Of a DNA stretch of 64,000 bases, positions 9,977 to 21,066 are shown piece after piece (the stretch's first letter is position 1; each line of letters begins with the position of its first letter). A program made the position numbers and the translations under genes. Source of the DNA: a bacterium (GTDB lineage: Bacteria > Hinthialibacterota > Hinthialibacteria > Hinthialibacterales > Hinthialibacteraceae); contig CAXXMV010000008.1 of assembly GCA_963662285.2 (NCBI GenBank), positions 832,001 to 896,000 on the forward strand, written 5' to 3'. Under the pieces are notes generated by a model. The model had not been told where the DNA came from. It saw nothing but the letters and a program-made list of their open reading frames with translations, and made no database searches.

Positions 9977-11589
9977 AGAAACGGGTAAAAATCAACGATG
10001 TCAGCAAACCGACCGCGCAATTAACGTGTGTTGATCCAAGTGATCAGCCGCCGTTTCCTGCACCGATGGATGAATCATACACTGCTCCTGAGTGGAAACC
10101 TCTGTCCGAAAAAGCCAAAGATCAATATGAGATAAACCTGGACGGAACCCTTGTACTATCTCTGCCAAAACCCAAAAACAAGGAAGAGGAAGACGAACTG
10201 GTTCGCCAATTTCTATCCGGCCTGGAAAAACTCTTCACCAAAGAGAACAACTGGACATTTCTACAGCCCATGGTTCTATCGATGGAGAATTGCGCCCGCT
10301 GCCAAACCTGCTCCGATTCATGCCACATCTATGAAATGAGCGGCAAAAACGATATATACCGCCCCACCTACCGCGCTGAAATCCTGCGCCGCCTCTATTT
10401 CAAATACCTCAAACCGGGCGGCAAGTTCTTCGGTAAATGGCGCCACGGCGATATTGACCTCAACTGGCAAACCGTCTCCCGGCTGGCTGAACTGGCCTAT
10501 CGCTGCAATCTCTGCCGCCGTTGCGCATCAACCTGCCCCATCGGCGTCGACAATGGCTTAATCACCCATGATCTACGAAAATTATTCAGCCAGGAAATGG
10601 GCATCCACCCCACTGAGTTGCACGACAACGGCGCCGTGCTGCAAATGAAGGTCGGTTCCTCCACCGGAATGAATCCGCTGGTCGTTAAAGATAATATCGA
10701 ATTCATCGATGAAGACACTACTGATAAGACTGGCATAAAAACTGAAACTCCCTGGGATGTAGAAGGCGCTGACGTGTTGCTTCTACATAACGCTGGCGAG
10801 ATACTTTCATGGCCCGAAAACCACGGCGCCTTCGCCACGCTGTTTAACGCCGCCGGCATCAGTTGGACTCTATCATCTGAATCACAGGAAGCCCTCGGTT
10901 ACGACAATATCAATTACGGCCTGTTTTACGATGATTTCATGCTGGCTAAAGTCGCCATCAAACACGCCAAAGCGGCGGCCAAACTGGGCGTTAAGAAAAT
11001 CGTGCTGGGCGAATGCGGCCACGCCCATAAAGCATTGACCGTCATAGCCGACCGCGTCTTAACTGGCGACCTCAACATCCCCAGAGAGAGCGCCATCACT
11101 CTGATGGAAAACATAGTCTCGTCAGGCAAAATAGAATTCGACCCGTCTCGCAATGATTTCCCCGTCACCCTGCATGATCCATGCAACATGGTTCGGCTGA
11201 TGGGAATCGTTGAGCCGCAAAGAAAAATTCTGCGCAAACTCTGCCCTCAATTCCGTGAAATGACTCCTCATGGAGTGAACAATTACTGCTGCGGCGGAGG
11301 CTCCGGTTTCGCTCTGATGTCGGGTCATAATTTTGAAGATTGGCGTATGCAGGTAGCCAGCCGCAAAAAACTTGACCAAATATTAAACGCCTTCAAGGAC
11401 GAAATGGATTCATCCATCCATAAATATATCTGCGCCCCCTGCTCTAACTGCAAAGGCTCAATGCGCGATATAATTCATTATTACGATTTATGGAATAAAT
11501 ACGGCATCGGTTACGGCGGCATAGTAGAACTGATCGTCAACGCTATGGTAGATGTAAAACCAGGGTATATAGAATGGGAAATGTATTAA
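9973..11589 (+). CDS. DsrK/HdrD-like Fe-S protein with a CCG domain
   Basis: Two CxxCxxCxxxC motifs (CARCQTCSDSC, CNLCRRCASTC); GECGH, HDPC, CCGGG and CAPCSNC. Confidence 0.85.
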   Translation: MKKRVKINDVSKPTAQLTCVDPSDQPPFPAPMDESYTAPEWKPLSEKAKDQYEINLDGTLVLSLPKPKNKEEEDELVRQFLSGLEKLFTKENNWTFLQPMVLSMENCARCQTCSDSCHIYEMSGKNDIYRPTYRAEILRRLYFKYLKPGGKFFGKWRHGDIDLNWQTVSRLAELAYRCNLCRRCASTCPIGVDNGLITHDLRKLFSQEMGIHPTELHDNGAVLQMKVGSSTGMNPLVVKDNIEFIDEDTTDKTGIKTETPWDVEGADVLLLHNAGEILSWPENHGAFATLFNAAGISWTLSSESQEALGYDNINYGLFYDDFMLAKVAIKHAKAAAKLGVKKIVLGECGHAHKALTVIADRVLTGDLNIPRESAITLMENIVSSGKIEFDPSRNDFPVTLHDPCNMVRLMGIVEPQRKILRKLCPQFREMTPHGVNNYCCGGGSGFALMSGHNFEDWRMQVASRKKLDQILNAFKDEMDSSIHKYICAPCSNCKGSMRDIIHYYDLWNKYGIGYGGIVELIVNAMVDVKPGYIEWEMY

Positions 11590-11595
11590 AATCCC

Positions 11596-12170
11596 GTAGG
11601 GTGGGTCACGCCTCACCGACCCACCAAAACCACCTACAAGTGGGCTGGGCGCCAAGGGCAAGACAGCTGGGTGCCAAGGGCAGTGTCCTTCCTGCCCTTG
11701 ATGCGATCACCTAATCAATTACTAGTGTATTTGTGGTGTCTGGGGCGCCAAGGGCAAGAGCGCATTGCGCTCAGCCCTTGATCAAACCACCTACGCGTAG
11801 GGTGGGCTAAAAGCGATAGCGTAGCCCACCAAAAACAACTGTAGATAAACATTCCTCTCCCAAGATTGGGAGAGGTCAGGAGAGGGTTGATAACAATCAC
11901 CCATGTAATTGAATTTACAATGATGTTAGAAACAATTCGGGTGCCAAGGGCAGTGTCCTTCCTGCCCTTGATGCGATCACCTAATCAATTACTAGTGTAT
12001 TTGTGGTGTCTGGGGCGCCAAGGGCAAGAGCGCATTGCGCTCAACCCTTGATTAAACCACCGACGAGTAGGGTGGGCTAAAAGCGATAGCGTAGCCCACC
12101 AAAAACAACTGTAGATAAACATTCCTCTCCCAAGATTGGGAGAGGTCAGGAGAGGGTTGATAACAATAAC
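11596..12170. repeat. REP mosaic containing a direct duplication of about 230 bp (period 270 bp)
   Basis: The block at about 11669-11898 recurs at about 11939-12168; each copy has hairpins A-A-B-E. Confidence 0.9.
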
Positions 12171-12229
12171 TTACGTATCTCAAACCACTTCCCGGCTCAT
12201 AAGAGATAAAGTTAAATAGGACAAAAACA

Positions 12230-12658
12230 ATGAATCAAAACAATATTGCTTCTCCTCTAAACCATGATGAGAAAAAAATATTAGTCGTTGATGACGAACC
12301 AGATATTCTAACCTATTTAACTGTTCTCATGGAAAATAATGGTTACCAGACTTTCCAAGCTCTCAACGCGGTAGAGGCGATGCAAAAGATCACGGAAATA
12401 AAGCCGGATTTAATAACTCTGGATATCATGATGCCCAAAAAATCCGGCATCGCTTTTTACCGTGAACTTAAACTGAATCAGCAGACGCTGGACATACCGG
12501 TTATATTCATCAGCGCCTTCAGCATGGCCAGGGATTTTATGGGACCGGGTTTCAGGAAACTGATTCCGGATATGGACATTCCTGAACCCGAGGCGTTCAT
12601 TGAAAAGCCGGTTGACATTCCCCGATTACTTGAAATGATTAATAAAATATTGGGATGA
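12230..12658 (+). CDS. Single-domain response regulator
   Basis: ILVVDDE, LDIMMP and EKP motifs. Confidence 0.9.
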   Translation: MNQNNIASPLNHDEKKILVVDDEPDILTYLTVLMENNGYQTFQALNAVEAMQKITEIKPDLITLDIMMPKKSGIAFYRELKLNQQTLDIPVIFISAFSMARDFMGPGFRKLIPDMDIPEPEAFIEKPVDIPRLLEMINKILG

Positions 12659-12667
12659 GATTTTCTC

Positions 12668-14470
12668 ATGCAAAAAACCGATTTAAGGGATTGGCTTCAT
12701 AACGAACTTTTTGAACGGGTTCCATCGAACATCGCGATTATTGATCGTGAATACCACATTGTTGAAGCCAATAAAAATTTCAAGGAAACCTTTGGCGAAT
12801 GGCAGGGGAAACTTTGTCATAATATTTTCCGTAATCGCAATACTCCCTGTTCTTCATGCAAAGCGGAACAGACTTTCCATGACGGCCAATCCCGCGTCAG
12901 TGAAGAGTCGCGCTTAAACCGGCATGGTTCCTCTTCCTATTACGTGGTTCATTTCGAACCGATTATCAGCCCAAATGGTGAAATCCCGTATGTCATAGAG
13001 ATGTCCCGCGATGTCACCGAAAACAAACGGCTTCAGAGAGAACATGATATCCTTTTCGACCGCGTTCCCTGTTATGTAACCGTTCTGGATCGCGGCATGA
13101 AGATTGTGCGGAACAATGAGATGTTCCGCAAAACATTTGGCGAAAGCCTTGGCAAAAAGTGTTATGAAATATACCGGCAGCGAATCCAGCCTTGTGATAA
13201 TTGCCCTGCCATAAAAACCTTCACCGATGGCCAGGTTCATACCGCTCATAAATCCGGCGTTAACAAAAACGGAGAGACGATCTTCTACCATGTGACCACT
13301 TCCTCTCTCAGCCGTAGCGAAAAAAGTCCCACTCATGTCATTGAAATGTCGCTGGACATAACCGAAACCAGGCAATTGGAAATGCGCCTCAATGAGTCGC
13401 ATGATTTTCAGGCCAGCCTGATTGAAAGCGCCATCGACAGCATTATCGCCGCCGATCCCGATGGACTGGTCACCCTGTTCAATCCATCAGCCGAAAAGCT
13501 CTTCAACTATAACGCCGATGAAGTCATCAACCGGAAAAAGATCGATCAGTTCGTCCCGCCAGATTTTATTGACGTCATTACTAAAGGCGAAAACCGTTGC
13601 CTGCTCGCGGAATCCAAAGCGCGCAATCGTGATAAACAAAGCGTCCCCGTCCGGTTTTCCGGCGTGGTGCTAAAAAGCGGAAAGAAGCATCTGGGCAGCG
13701 CCGCTTTCTTTCAGGATTTACGTGAAATCAAAAAAATGGAACACGATAAACTGGAAGCCGAACGCCTGGCCGCCGTCGGGCAAACCGTCGCCGGTCTGGC
13801 TCATGGCATTAAAAATGTACTCATGGGACTGGATGGCGGCATGTATGTCATGCAATCCGGCATGAACAATAGCAACTCGGATCTGACCCACCGGGGCTGG
13901 GAGATGCTGCAAAATAATATCGAACGCATCTCACTATACGTCAAGGATTTCTTGAACTTCGCCAAAGGCAAAACATCCATTAACGTGACATCGGTAGATC
14001 CCGGCCTTCTTGCCCGTGAAGTGATAGACCTTTTCACGACTGTGGCGGATAAGGCCGGGATTACTATCCAGGCTGAACTTTCTGATAATATCGCTCCGGC
14101 CAATATGGATTATGAAGCAATTCACACCTGTCTTGTCAATCTGGTATCCAATGCTATCGACGCCTGTGAAATGAGTGAAAAAGACGGGGGCGTCGTGATT
14201 TTGAGATTGTTTGAAGATAAACAAACCATTGTTTTTGAAGTTTGCGACAACGGATGCGGTATGGACTATGAAATCAAAAAGAAAGTTTTCACCACTTTCT
14301 TCTCCACCAAAGGTTCCGCCAAAGGAACCGGGCTGGGATTATTGGTCACCAGACGCATCACTCAGGAACACGGAGGCCGGATTACTCTTGAATCCACCGA
14401 AAGCGAAGGTTCCATTTTTAGATTGGAATTTCCAAGAAAACGGTTGCCGCCCCTGACAGAGATGGCATAA
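12668..14470 (+). CDS. Multi-PAS sensor histidine kinase
   Basis: Three PAS repeats, two with C...CxxC; H-box AHGIKN; N-box NAIDA; G-boxes DNGCG and GTGLGL. Confidence 0.92.
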   Translation: MQKTDLRDWLHNELFERVPSNIAIIDREYHIVEANKNFKETFGEWQGKLCHNIFRNRNTPCSSCKAEQTFHDGQSRVSEESRLNRHGSSSYYVVHFEPIISPNGEIPYVIEMSRDVTENKRLQREHDILFDRVPCYVTVLDRGMKIVRNNEMFRKTFGESLGKKCYEIYRQRIQPCDNCPAIKTFTDGQVHTAHKSGVNKNGETIFYHVTTSSLSRSEKSPTHVIEMSLDITETRQLEMRLNESHDFQASLIESAIDSIIAADPDGLVTLFNPSAEKLFNYNADEVINRKKIDQFVPPDFIDVITKGENRCLLAESKARNRDKQSVPVRFSGVVLKSGKKHLGSAAFFQDLREIKKMEHDKLEAERLAAVGQTVAGLAHGIKNVLMGLDGGMYVMQSGMNNSNSDLTHRGWEMLQNNIERISLYVKDFLNFAKGKTSINVTSVDPGLLAREVIDLFTTVADKAGITIQAELSDNIAPANMDYEAIHTCLVNLVSNAIDACEMSEKDGGVVILRLFEDKQTIVFEVCDNGCGMDYEIKKKVFTTFFSTKGSAKGTGLGLLVTRRITQEHGGRITLESTESEGSIFRLEFPRKRLPPLTEMA

Positions 14471-14568
14471 TACCTAGACAATGCATTACATGACTTGACT
14501 TGACTTGACTTGATTTTATTTTTTTCATATACGCAATTTTCGATCACAATAATAAAGGAGAATGGGTA

Positions 14569-15087
14569 ATGACATCACCTTCAGAAAAGAAAATCCTCGT
14601 AGTGGATGACGAACCGGATGTACGGTTGTATCTGCAAACCGTGCTGGCCGACGCTGGATTCCAGGTCGAAACCGCCTGTGATGGATACCAGGCTCTGGAA
14701 ATTTTTGAATCCAATCCACCAGACGCCGTCTCTCTCGACTTGGTCATGCCCAGAAAATCAGGGGCTAAGTTTCTTTATGAATATCATAAACATGATGAAT
14801 GGCGCCATATTCCCGTAATACTGGTCACCGCCCACGCCAAAGATGATTTAGGACAAGACGATTTCAATGACATCATGTCCAATCTGTCTATTGTCGGGCC
14901 GGAAACCTACCTGGAAAAACCAGTTAAACCTCTGACATACGTCAACAGTTTCAAACGCGCCTTGGGAATTGAAATCACGGAAGAGCCTCATTCAAAAGAA
15001 GAAACCAAAGACGAAATCAAAGGCCTTCTAAATAACGCCGATCCACAAAAAATGGATCAAATTCTAAATCTATTAAAGCAGAAATAA
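14569..15087 (+). CDS. Response regulator receiver with a short C-terminal tail
   Basis: ILVVDDE, LDLVMP and EKP motifs. Confidence 0.9.
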   Translation: MTSPSEKKILVVDDEPDVRLYLQTVLADAGFQVETACDGYQALEIFESNPPDAVSLDLVMPRKSGAKFLYEYHKHDEWRHIPVILVTAHAKDDLGQDDFNDIMSNLSIVGPETYLEKPVKPLTYVNSFKRALGIEITEEPHSKEETKDEIKGLLNNADPQKMDQILNLLKQK

Positions 15088-15091
15088 AACC

Positions 15092-15182
15092 ACCTACGCG
15101 TAGGGTGGGTCAGCCTCACCGACCCACCAAAAAACAACCTACGCGTAGGGTGGGTCAGCCTCACCGACCCACCAAAAAACAA
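15092..15182 (+). repeat. Two tandem family B REP hairpins
   Basis: CCTACGCGTAGGGTGGGTCAGCCTCACCGACCCACCAAAAAAC occurs twice. Confidence 0.9.
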
Positions 15183-15202
15183 CCCAGAATAAGGATAATA
15201 GA

Positions 15203-15616
15203 ATGGAAAACAACCTGAATAAAAAATCAATCCTGATCATTGATGATGAGCCGGATATAGTAACGTACCTGGAGACTCTCTTCTCTGATAACGGATACGA
15301 CGCAATGACCGCATCTAATGGCGTTGAAGCCATGGAAAAAGTCCAAAGCAAAATACCGGATTTAATCACTCTTGATATTTCAATGCCGGAAAAATCAGGC
15401 ATCAGATTCTACCGTGAATTGAAAGACGATCCTCAACTCTCCGGCATACCGGTATTGGTCATAACCGGCGTCACCGGATACGGAGGCGATGCGGATAGTT
15501 TTGAACAATTCCTGGCTTCCCGCAAACAAGTTCCTCCTCCGGACGGTTTTATCGGAAAACCTCTGGAAGACGCCAACGCCCTCTTGGCGAAGATCAGTGA
15601 ATTGATCAATCCATAA
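15203..15616 (+). CDS. Single-domain response regulator
   Basis: ILIIDDE, LDISMP and GKP motifs. Confidence 0.9.
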   Translation: MENNLNKKSILIIDDEPDIVTYLETLFSDNGYDAMTASNGVEAMEKVQSKIPDLITLDISMPEKSGIRFYRELKDDPQLSGIPVLVITGVTGYGGDADSFEQFLASRKQVPPPDGFIGKPLEDANALLAKISELINP

Positions 15617-15735
15617 AGGCTGCGCGGTTCCTTTCAGAGGTTGTTATGCATTCGTTATGAGAAAGCGGGAGCTTAAATTACGGCAAAATTCTATTTTTAC
15701 TGGTTTAACCCAGCTCAAGAGATAGAATAATATGT

Positions 15736-16182
15736 ATGAGTGAAACATACCGTATTTCCATATCGTGGTTAAGCGTATTATTGATCCTACTCTTAGGGTT
15801 CGAGAATACTATTGCTTTTTCCACTCCTCAAACATTGGATTGCTCAACCATTTCCGCTGTACCAGACTGCCCGGAAGAGGTAACTTGTTGTTGCTCTGAA
15901 GATGAAAGAACCGGATCATGTTGTGATGCACCAGACCATACCAGCGTTTCCAATATTGAATCATGCCATTGCGGGATATTCTCAAACTCTAACCAGCCTG
16001 CTACTCCAACCAGATATTACTCAGAATTTAACTCTTACGAAAAGAAAAATAACAATAATTGCTCTGTTAATTCATATACTTATAATGGGATATTTCATCA
16101 AAACACCATCTGCATTTCCTGTTCCAGTCTCATAAATACATGCCCTTCACCATGCATAGCGAAAGTGCGCCTGCGTCTTTAG
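15736..16182 (+). CDS. Small Cys-rich exported hypothetical protein heading the cus operon
   Basis: Hydrophobic N-terminus; CCC, CC and CHC clusters. Such proteins often sit upstream of metal efflux operons. Confidence 0.5.
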   Translation: MSETYRISISWLSVLLILLLGFENTIAFSTPQTLDCSTISAVPDCPEEVTCCCSEDERTGSCCDAPDHTSVSNIESCHCGIFSNSNQPATPTRYYSEFNSYEKKNNNNCSVNSYTYNGIFHQNTICISCSSLINTCPSPCIAKVRLRL

Positions 16183-16290
16183 ATTTCTTATATGTTCATA
16201 ACTCATCTCATGTCATTTCCAATTTTTCCGGTTTTGTAAAATCGTAAATTATTAATGTTGTGATTTCATAAATGACAGATAGGAAAAATC

Positions 16291-16527
16291 ATGTTGCCCA
16301 AAACCATTGTTTTTCTATTACTAATTTTCACGTTCTCAGGACAGTCAGCCTTTCCTGATGACAAAATTCATTTGCCGGATTTAATCAAAACCGCTGTCGA
16401 AAGCAATACCGATATCCAATCAGCCAAAGCGCAATGGACGCAAACCATCGAGCGCTACCCCCAGGCGACCTCCCTGGATGATCCCATATTAAATTTCTCA
16501 TATTACATAGAAAACGTAGAAACCCGC
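16291..16527 (+). pseudogene. N-terminal fragment of a TolC/CusC outer-membrane efflux protein, truncated at a REP insertion
   Basis: Signal peptide, then L.DLIKTAVESN.DI..A...PQATSLDDP...VETR; the reading frame then enters family A repeat DNA. Confidence 0.75.
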
Positions 16528-16670
16528 CGGGCGCCAAGGGCAAGACCGCAACGCGGTCAGCCCTTGATCAAGCCACCCAATATAATCCAAAGTGAAACGG
16601 CAAGAATAGGCGCCAAGCCGGGCGCCGGGCGCCAAGGGCAGTGTATTTTCAGCCCTTGATCAAACCACCC
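16528..16670. repeat. Two family A hairpins in place of the body of tolC/cusC
   Basis: CGGGCGCCAAGGGCAAGACCGCAACGCGGTCAGCCCTTGATC and GGGCGCCAAGGGCAGTGTATTTTCAGCCCTTGATC. Confidence 0.85.
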
Positions 16671-16712
16671 AATATTAACCGGATTTAATCAATTAAATTA
16701 AGGAGATCAATC

Positions 16713-18632
16713 ATGAATCAAATCAATAGATCGTTTCTATCAAAATACTCAGGCGTCCTGATAGGAATCATTATAGGATTCGCCCTTGCGCTGTTTTTTA
16801 TCCCACACCCCGCCGATCAACATTCAATCAACAATATTGAAAAACCAGCGGAGGAAGCGCCCACTCTATGGACCTGCTCCATGCATCCCAATGTTCAAAA
16901 AACCGAACCGGGAGACTGCCCCTTTTGCGGCATGGATTTAATCCCCCTGATCTCTTCAGGAGATGACGGAGAACCACGGCAATTGACCATGTCCCCGGTC
17001 GCCATGAAACTGGCGGAAATCCAAACCACCGCGGTGCGCCGTGAATTCATCGAACGAGAACTGCGCCTGTCCGGCAAAGTGGCTTACGACGAGACCCGGT
17101 TGAAATATATCACCGCCTGGTTTCCGGGTCGCCTGGACCGCCTGTTCGTCGATTATACCGGAACCCCTGTACAAAAAGGCGACCACCTGGTTGAGATATA
17201 CAGCCCTGCAATAACCACCGATCAGGAAGCCTTGCTCCAAGCGCTGCAAGCCAGCAAAACGCTGGCCAACTCTACCGTGTCACAGGTTCGCGCCAGCCGC
17301 ACTGATGTTCTTGACCGGGCGCGGGAGAGATTGCGCCTGCTGGGATTAACCGCTTAACAAATTCAGGAAATTGAAACTCGCGGTTCTCCTTCAGAACGGA
17401 TCACCTTTTACTCTCCCATCAACGGCGTCGTGATCCACAAGAACACCCTGCAGGGAGATTACGTCCAAACCGGAACCCGGATTTACACCATCGCCGATTT
17501 AAGCCAGGTCTGGTTGAAAATGGATGCCTACGAGTCGGATCTAACATGGATTCATTATGGACAGCAAGTTGAATTCACCACCATCTCTTACCCCGGCCAA
17601 GTCTTCCACGGCCGGATATCGTTCATCGATCCATTCTTAAATGAACTAACCAGGACAGTTAAAGTCTGGGTTAACGTCGCTAACCCGAACGGCAAACTGA
17701 AACCGGATATGTTCATCAATGCAGTAGTTCGCGCCAAAGTTAACGCAAACGGAGAATTCCTCGATCAGCAATTGGCAGGCAAATGGATCAGCCCAATGCA
17801 CCCCGAAATAATCAAAGACCAACCGGGAACCTGTGATATCTGCGGCATGCCGCTGGTTAAAGCTGAAAGCCTCGGCTACGTCGACGCGGATAAAAATATA
17901 GAACCGCCCCTCATCATCCCCGGCACGGCCCCGCTCATCACCGGAACGCGGGCCGTGGTTTATGTAAAAATTCCCGATGCGGAAAAACCTACATTCGAGG
18001 GACGCGAAATCATATTAGGAGCAAGGCTTAAAGACCATTACATTGTTAAGTCAGGTCTGGAAGAAGGCGACCAGGTCGTCGTCAAAGGCAATTTCAAAAT
18101 TGACGGCGCCCTGCAGATTCAAGCCAAACCCAGCATGATGAGTCCAGCGGATCAAAAACCAAGTGACGCGCCCGAACCTTCAGAAGCCATGCCTGCCAGT
18201 CCTGTAAGCCCTGAAGCGGCGCCGCAAATCCTTCCATCTACAAGCATCCCGGATTTCCTCTCAGCCTATAAATCAATATGGACGGCGTTGTATAGCGATG
18301 ATCTACCCAAAGCCCGACAAGGTTCCAAAGCATGGGTGGATGCCGCCAAAAAGCATTCCTTAAAAAACATAGAGATGATCGGTCACAAAGTGATGCATGC
18401 CTCCGATATTGAAATTGCCCGGCAGGCCTTCGGGCAAATGTCCGGCCTGCTTATTGCTGCAATAGAAAAGCATGGCTCGCAATCCGGCGTCCTCTATGCC
18501 GCCCACTGCCCTATGGCTTTTGATAACAAGGGCGCCCGATGGCTGCAATGGGATCAAAAAATCCTTAATCCCTACTTCGGAGACGCCATGCTGGAATGCG
18601 GCGCCATAACCAAAACATTCGCCGCCAAATAG
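16713..18632 (+). pseudogene. cusB: CusB-type RND adaptor (heavy-metal-binding domains, C-terminal DUF3347-like domain) with an in-frame stop
   Basis: WTCSMHP, CDICGMPL and HCPMAFDNKGA.W motifs. TAA at 17355-17357 in GLTA*QIQEIE; both ORF pieces are in the same frame. Confidence 0.85.
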
Positions 18633-18651
18633 AACGAAAGAGCGCTGAATC

Positions 18652-20965
18652 ATGTTAGATAAACTAATCAGGTTTTGCCTTGAAAATAAAATCGTCGTAG
18701 CGCTGATGGTGGTTTTCCTGGTTCTCTGGGGAATCATGGTGGCGCCCTTCGACTGGAATATCTCCGCCATTCGCCCATCTGCTGTTCTCCACCAAAAAAA
18801 TTCGCAGCCATGTCATGCGCTACCTGCTCTACGCGCTGCTCTGCATCATCGGCGTCATCGCCGCATTCACCGTTGCATGGTGGATCGGGATCATTATCCT
18901 GGGCTTTGCGTTCTATCACTTTATCTCCCAACGAATGCCAGATCATGCAAAAAAGCGTATGCCCCTGGCGCTCAACCTAATCGCTCTACTGGTTATTATA
19001 ACGGTATTGAGCAATCACTGGCTGCCGCTTGGACCGGGTAAAGGAGTAACCCGCAACTGGATTTTCGTAGTAGGATTATTAGGCGGCATCCTGGCGCTGA
19101 TCCAATTGTTCCAATATTTCTACGCCCCCATCCTGCGTTGGTGCCTGGATCATAAATTATTATTTCTAACCATTCCAACCATGCTTATTCTCTGGGGCGC
19201 GGTTATCTGGCTGGGATTCGACAAACTATTCGGATTCCTGCCCCGCTTCGTCATGACTGCGCCGATCATCTCCAGCATCAGCCATGCCTTCCCCGGCCTG
19301 GGCAAAGAGTTCATGCCCGATCTGGATGAAGGCTCCTATCTCTACATGCCCACCACCATGCCCCATGCCTCCATCGGCGAAGCCATGGATGTATTGCAGA
19401 AGTTGGATATGGCCATCAACGCCATCCCCGAAGTCGAACAGGTAGTCGGCAAAATAGGCCGCGTCGAGAGTCCCCTTGACCCCGCTCCCATCTCTATGGT
19501 CGAGACCATAATTAATTACAAATCCGAATACATAGTCGATCAGGATGGTCATTGGCTGCGCTTCAAATACAACCGCGATACAGCCCAATTTGAACGCGAT
19601 GAGCATAATGAACTGATACCCGACGCCAACGGCATGCCCTTCCGCCAGTGGCGCGATGAGATCAAGTCTCCCGGTGATATATGGGATGCCATTGTAAAAG
19701 CCGCCCAAATTCCGGGAACCACTTCCGCCCCCAAACTGCAACCCATCGCCGCCCGCATCGTCATGCTGCAAAGCGGCATGCGCGCCCCTATGGGCATTAA
19801 AATAAAAGGCCCCGATCTGCAAACCATCGAAAATGTCGGCTTGCAGATCGAACAATTTTTGCAAGAGGTTCCATCAGTTAAAGCCGAAGCCGTCTTCGCC
19901 GACCGCATCGTAGGCAAACCGTATCTGGAAATCGACATAGACCGCGACGCCATCGCCCGCTATGGAATCACCATCCGTCAGATTCAGGATGTTATCGAGA
20001 TTGCCATCGGCGGTCGCAGCATCACCACCACTATCGAAGGACGTGAGAGATACTCAGTTCGCGTCCGTTACCTGCGCGAGCTGCGCGACTCCATCGAATC
20101 CCTGGGATCAATCCTGGTTCCTTCGCCTACCGGCGCCCAGATTCCATTACGGGAACTATCCGAAACCAAATACGTCCGGGGGCCGCAAGTAATTAAAAGC
20201 GAAGACACATTCCTGATTGGCTATGTTCTCTTTGACAAGAAGGATGGTTACACAGAGGTTGATACAGTTGAGCAAGCCCAGGCTTACTTAAAACAAAAAC
20301 AACAATCCGGCGAATTAATCATCCCGTCAGGCGTGAGTTATACCTTCGCGGGCAACTACCAAAACCAGCTGCGCTCCGAAAAACGTCTGTGCGTTGTGCT
20401 GCCCCTGGCCTTATTCGTAATTTTCATGATCCTCTATTTTCAATTCAAAGACGCGCCGACCACCCTGATTGTATTTTCGGGAATCCTGGTCGCCTGGGCT
20501 GGCGGTTTTCAAATGCTCTGGCTCTACTCGCAGGACTGGTTCCTCAACTTCAACATTTTCGGAGAAAACATGCGCAACCTCTTCCAGGTTCAGCCCTTCA
20601 ACCTGAGCGTCGCCGTCTGGGTAGGATTCCTCGCCCTTTTCGGCATCGCCACCGATGACGGCGTAATCATCACCACCTACTTAAATCAGTCCTTCTCCAA
20701 CAATCGGCCAACATCGATCCAGGCCATACGCCAGGCCACTCTCGAAGCTGGCAGACGCCGCATCCGTCCCTGCCTGATGACCGTGACCACAACCATCCTG
20801 GCCTTGATACCAGTGCTAACCTCCAAAGGACGCGGCGCCGACATCATGATCCCCATGGCCATCCCCTCATTCGGAGGAATGACGGTCGTCCTCATCACCG
20901 TCTTCGTCGTACCAGTGCTGTACTGCGCCCTTCAAGAAATGCGATTCAAGACTGTTCCAAAATGA
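18652..20965 (+). pseudogene. cusA: CusA/CzcA RND permease with a large internal deletion and frameshift near 18763
   Basis: The N-terminus MLDKLIRFCLENK...APFDWNIS jumps to the mid-protein sequence PPFAHLLF in another frame. The C-terminal half has GKEFMPDLDEG, GIATDDG and RIRPCLMT. Confidence 0.85.
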
Positions 20966-21066
20966 AAACAAAATTGTAAACCAATCTATCCATTGTATAA
21001 TTGATATGCTATAAAGTAGATAATAAAACTGGATTTTGATATAAATCCATAACAAAAGGAGAAGAA

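Noticed and set aside
14491-14514. (TGACT)n pentamer run between the kinase and a receiver gene
   Set aside because: It is short (4-5 units) and intergenic; there is no evidence of phase variation from sequence alone.
17355-17357. Stop-codon recoding in cusB
   Set aside because: The codon is TAA, which is used as a normal stop throughout the window, and the neighbouring cus genes are also broken.
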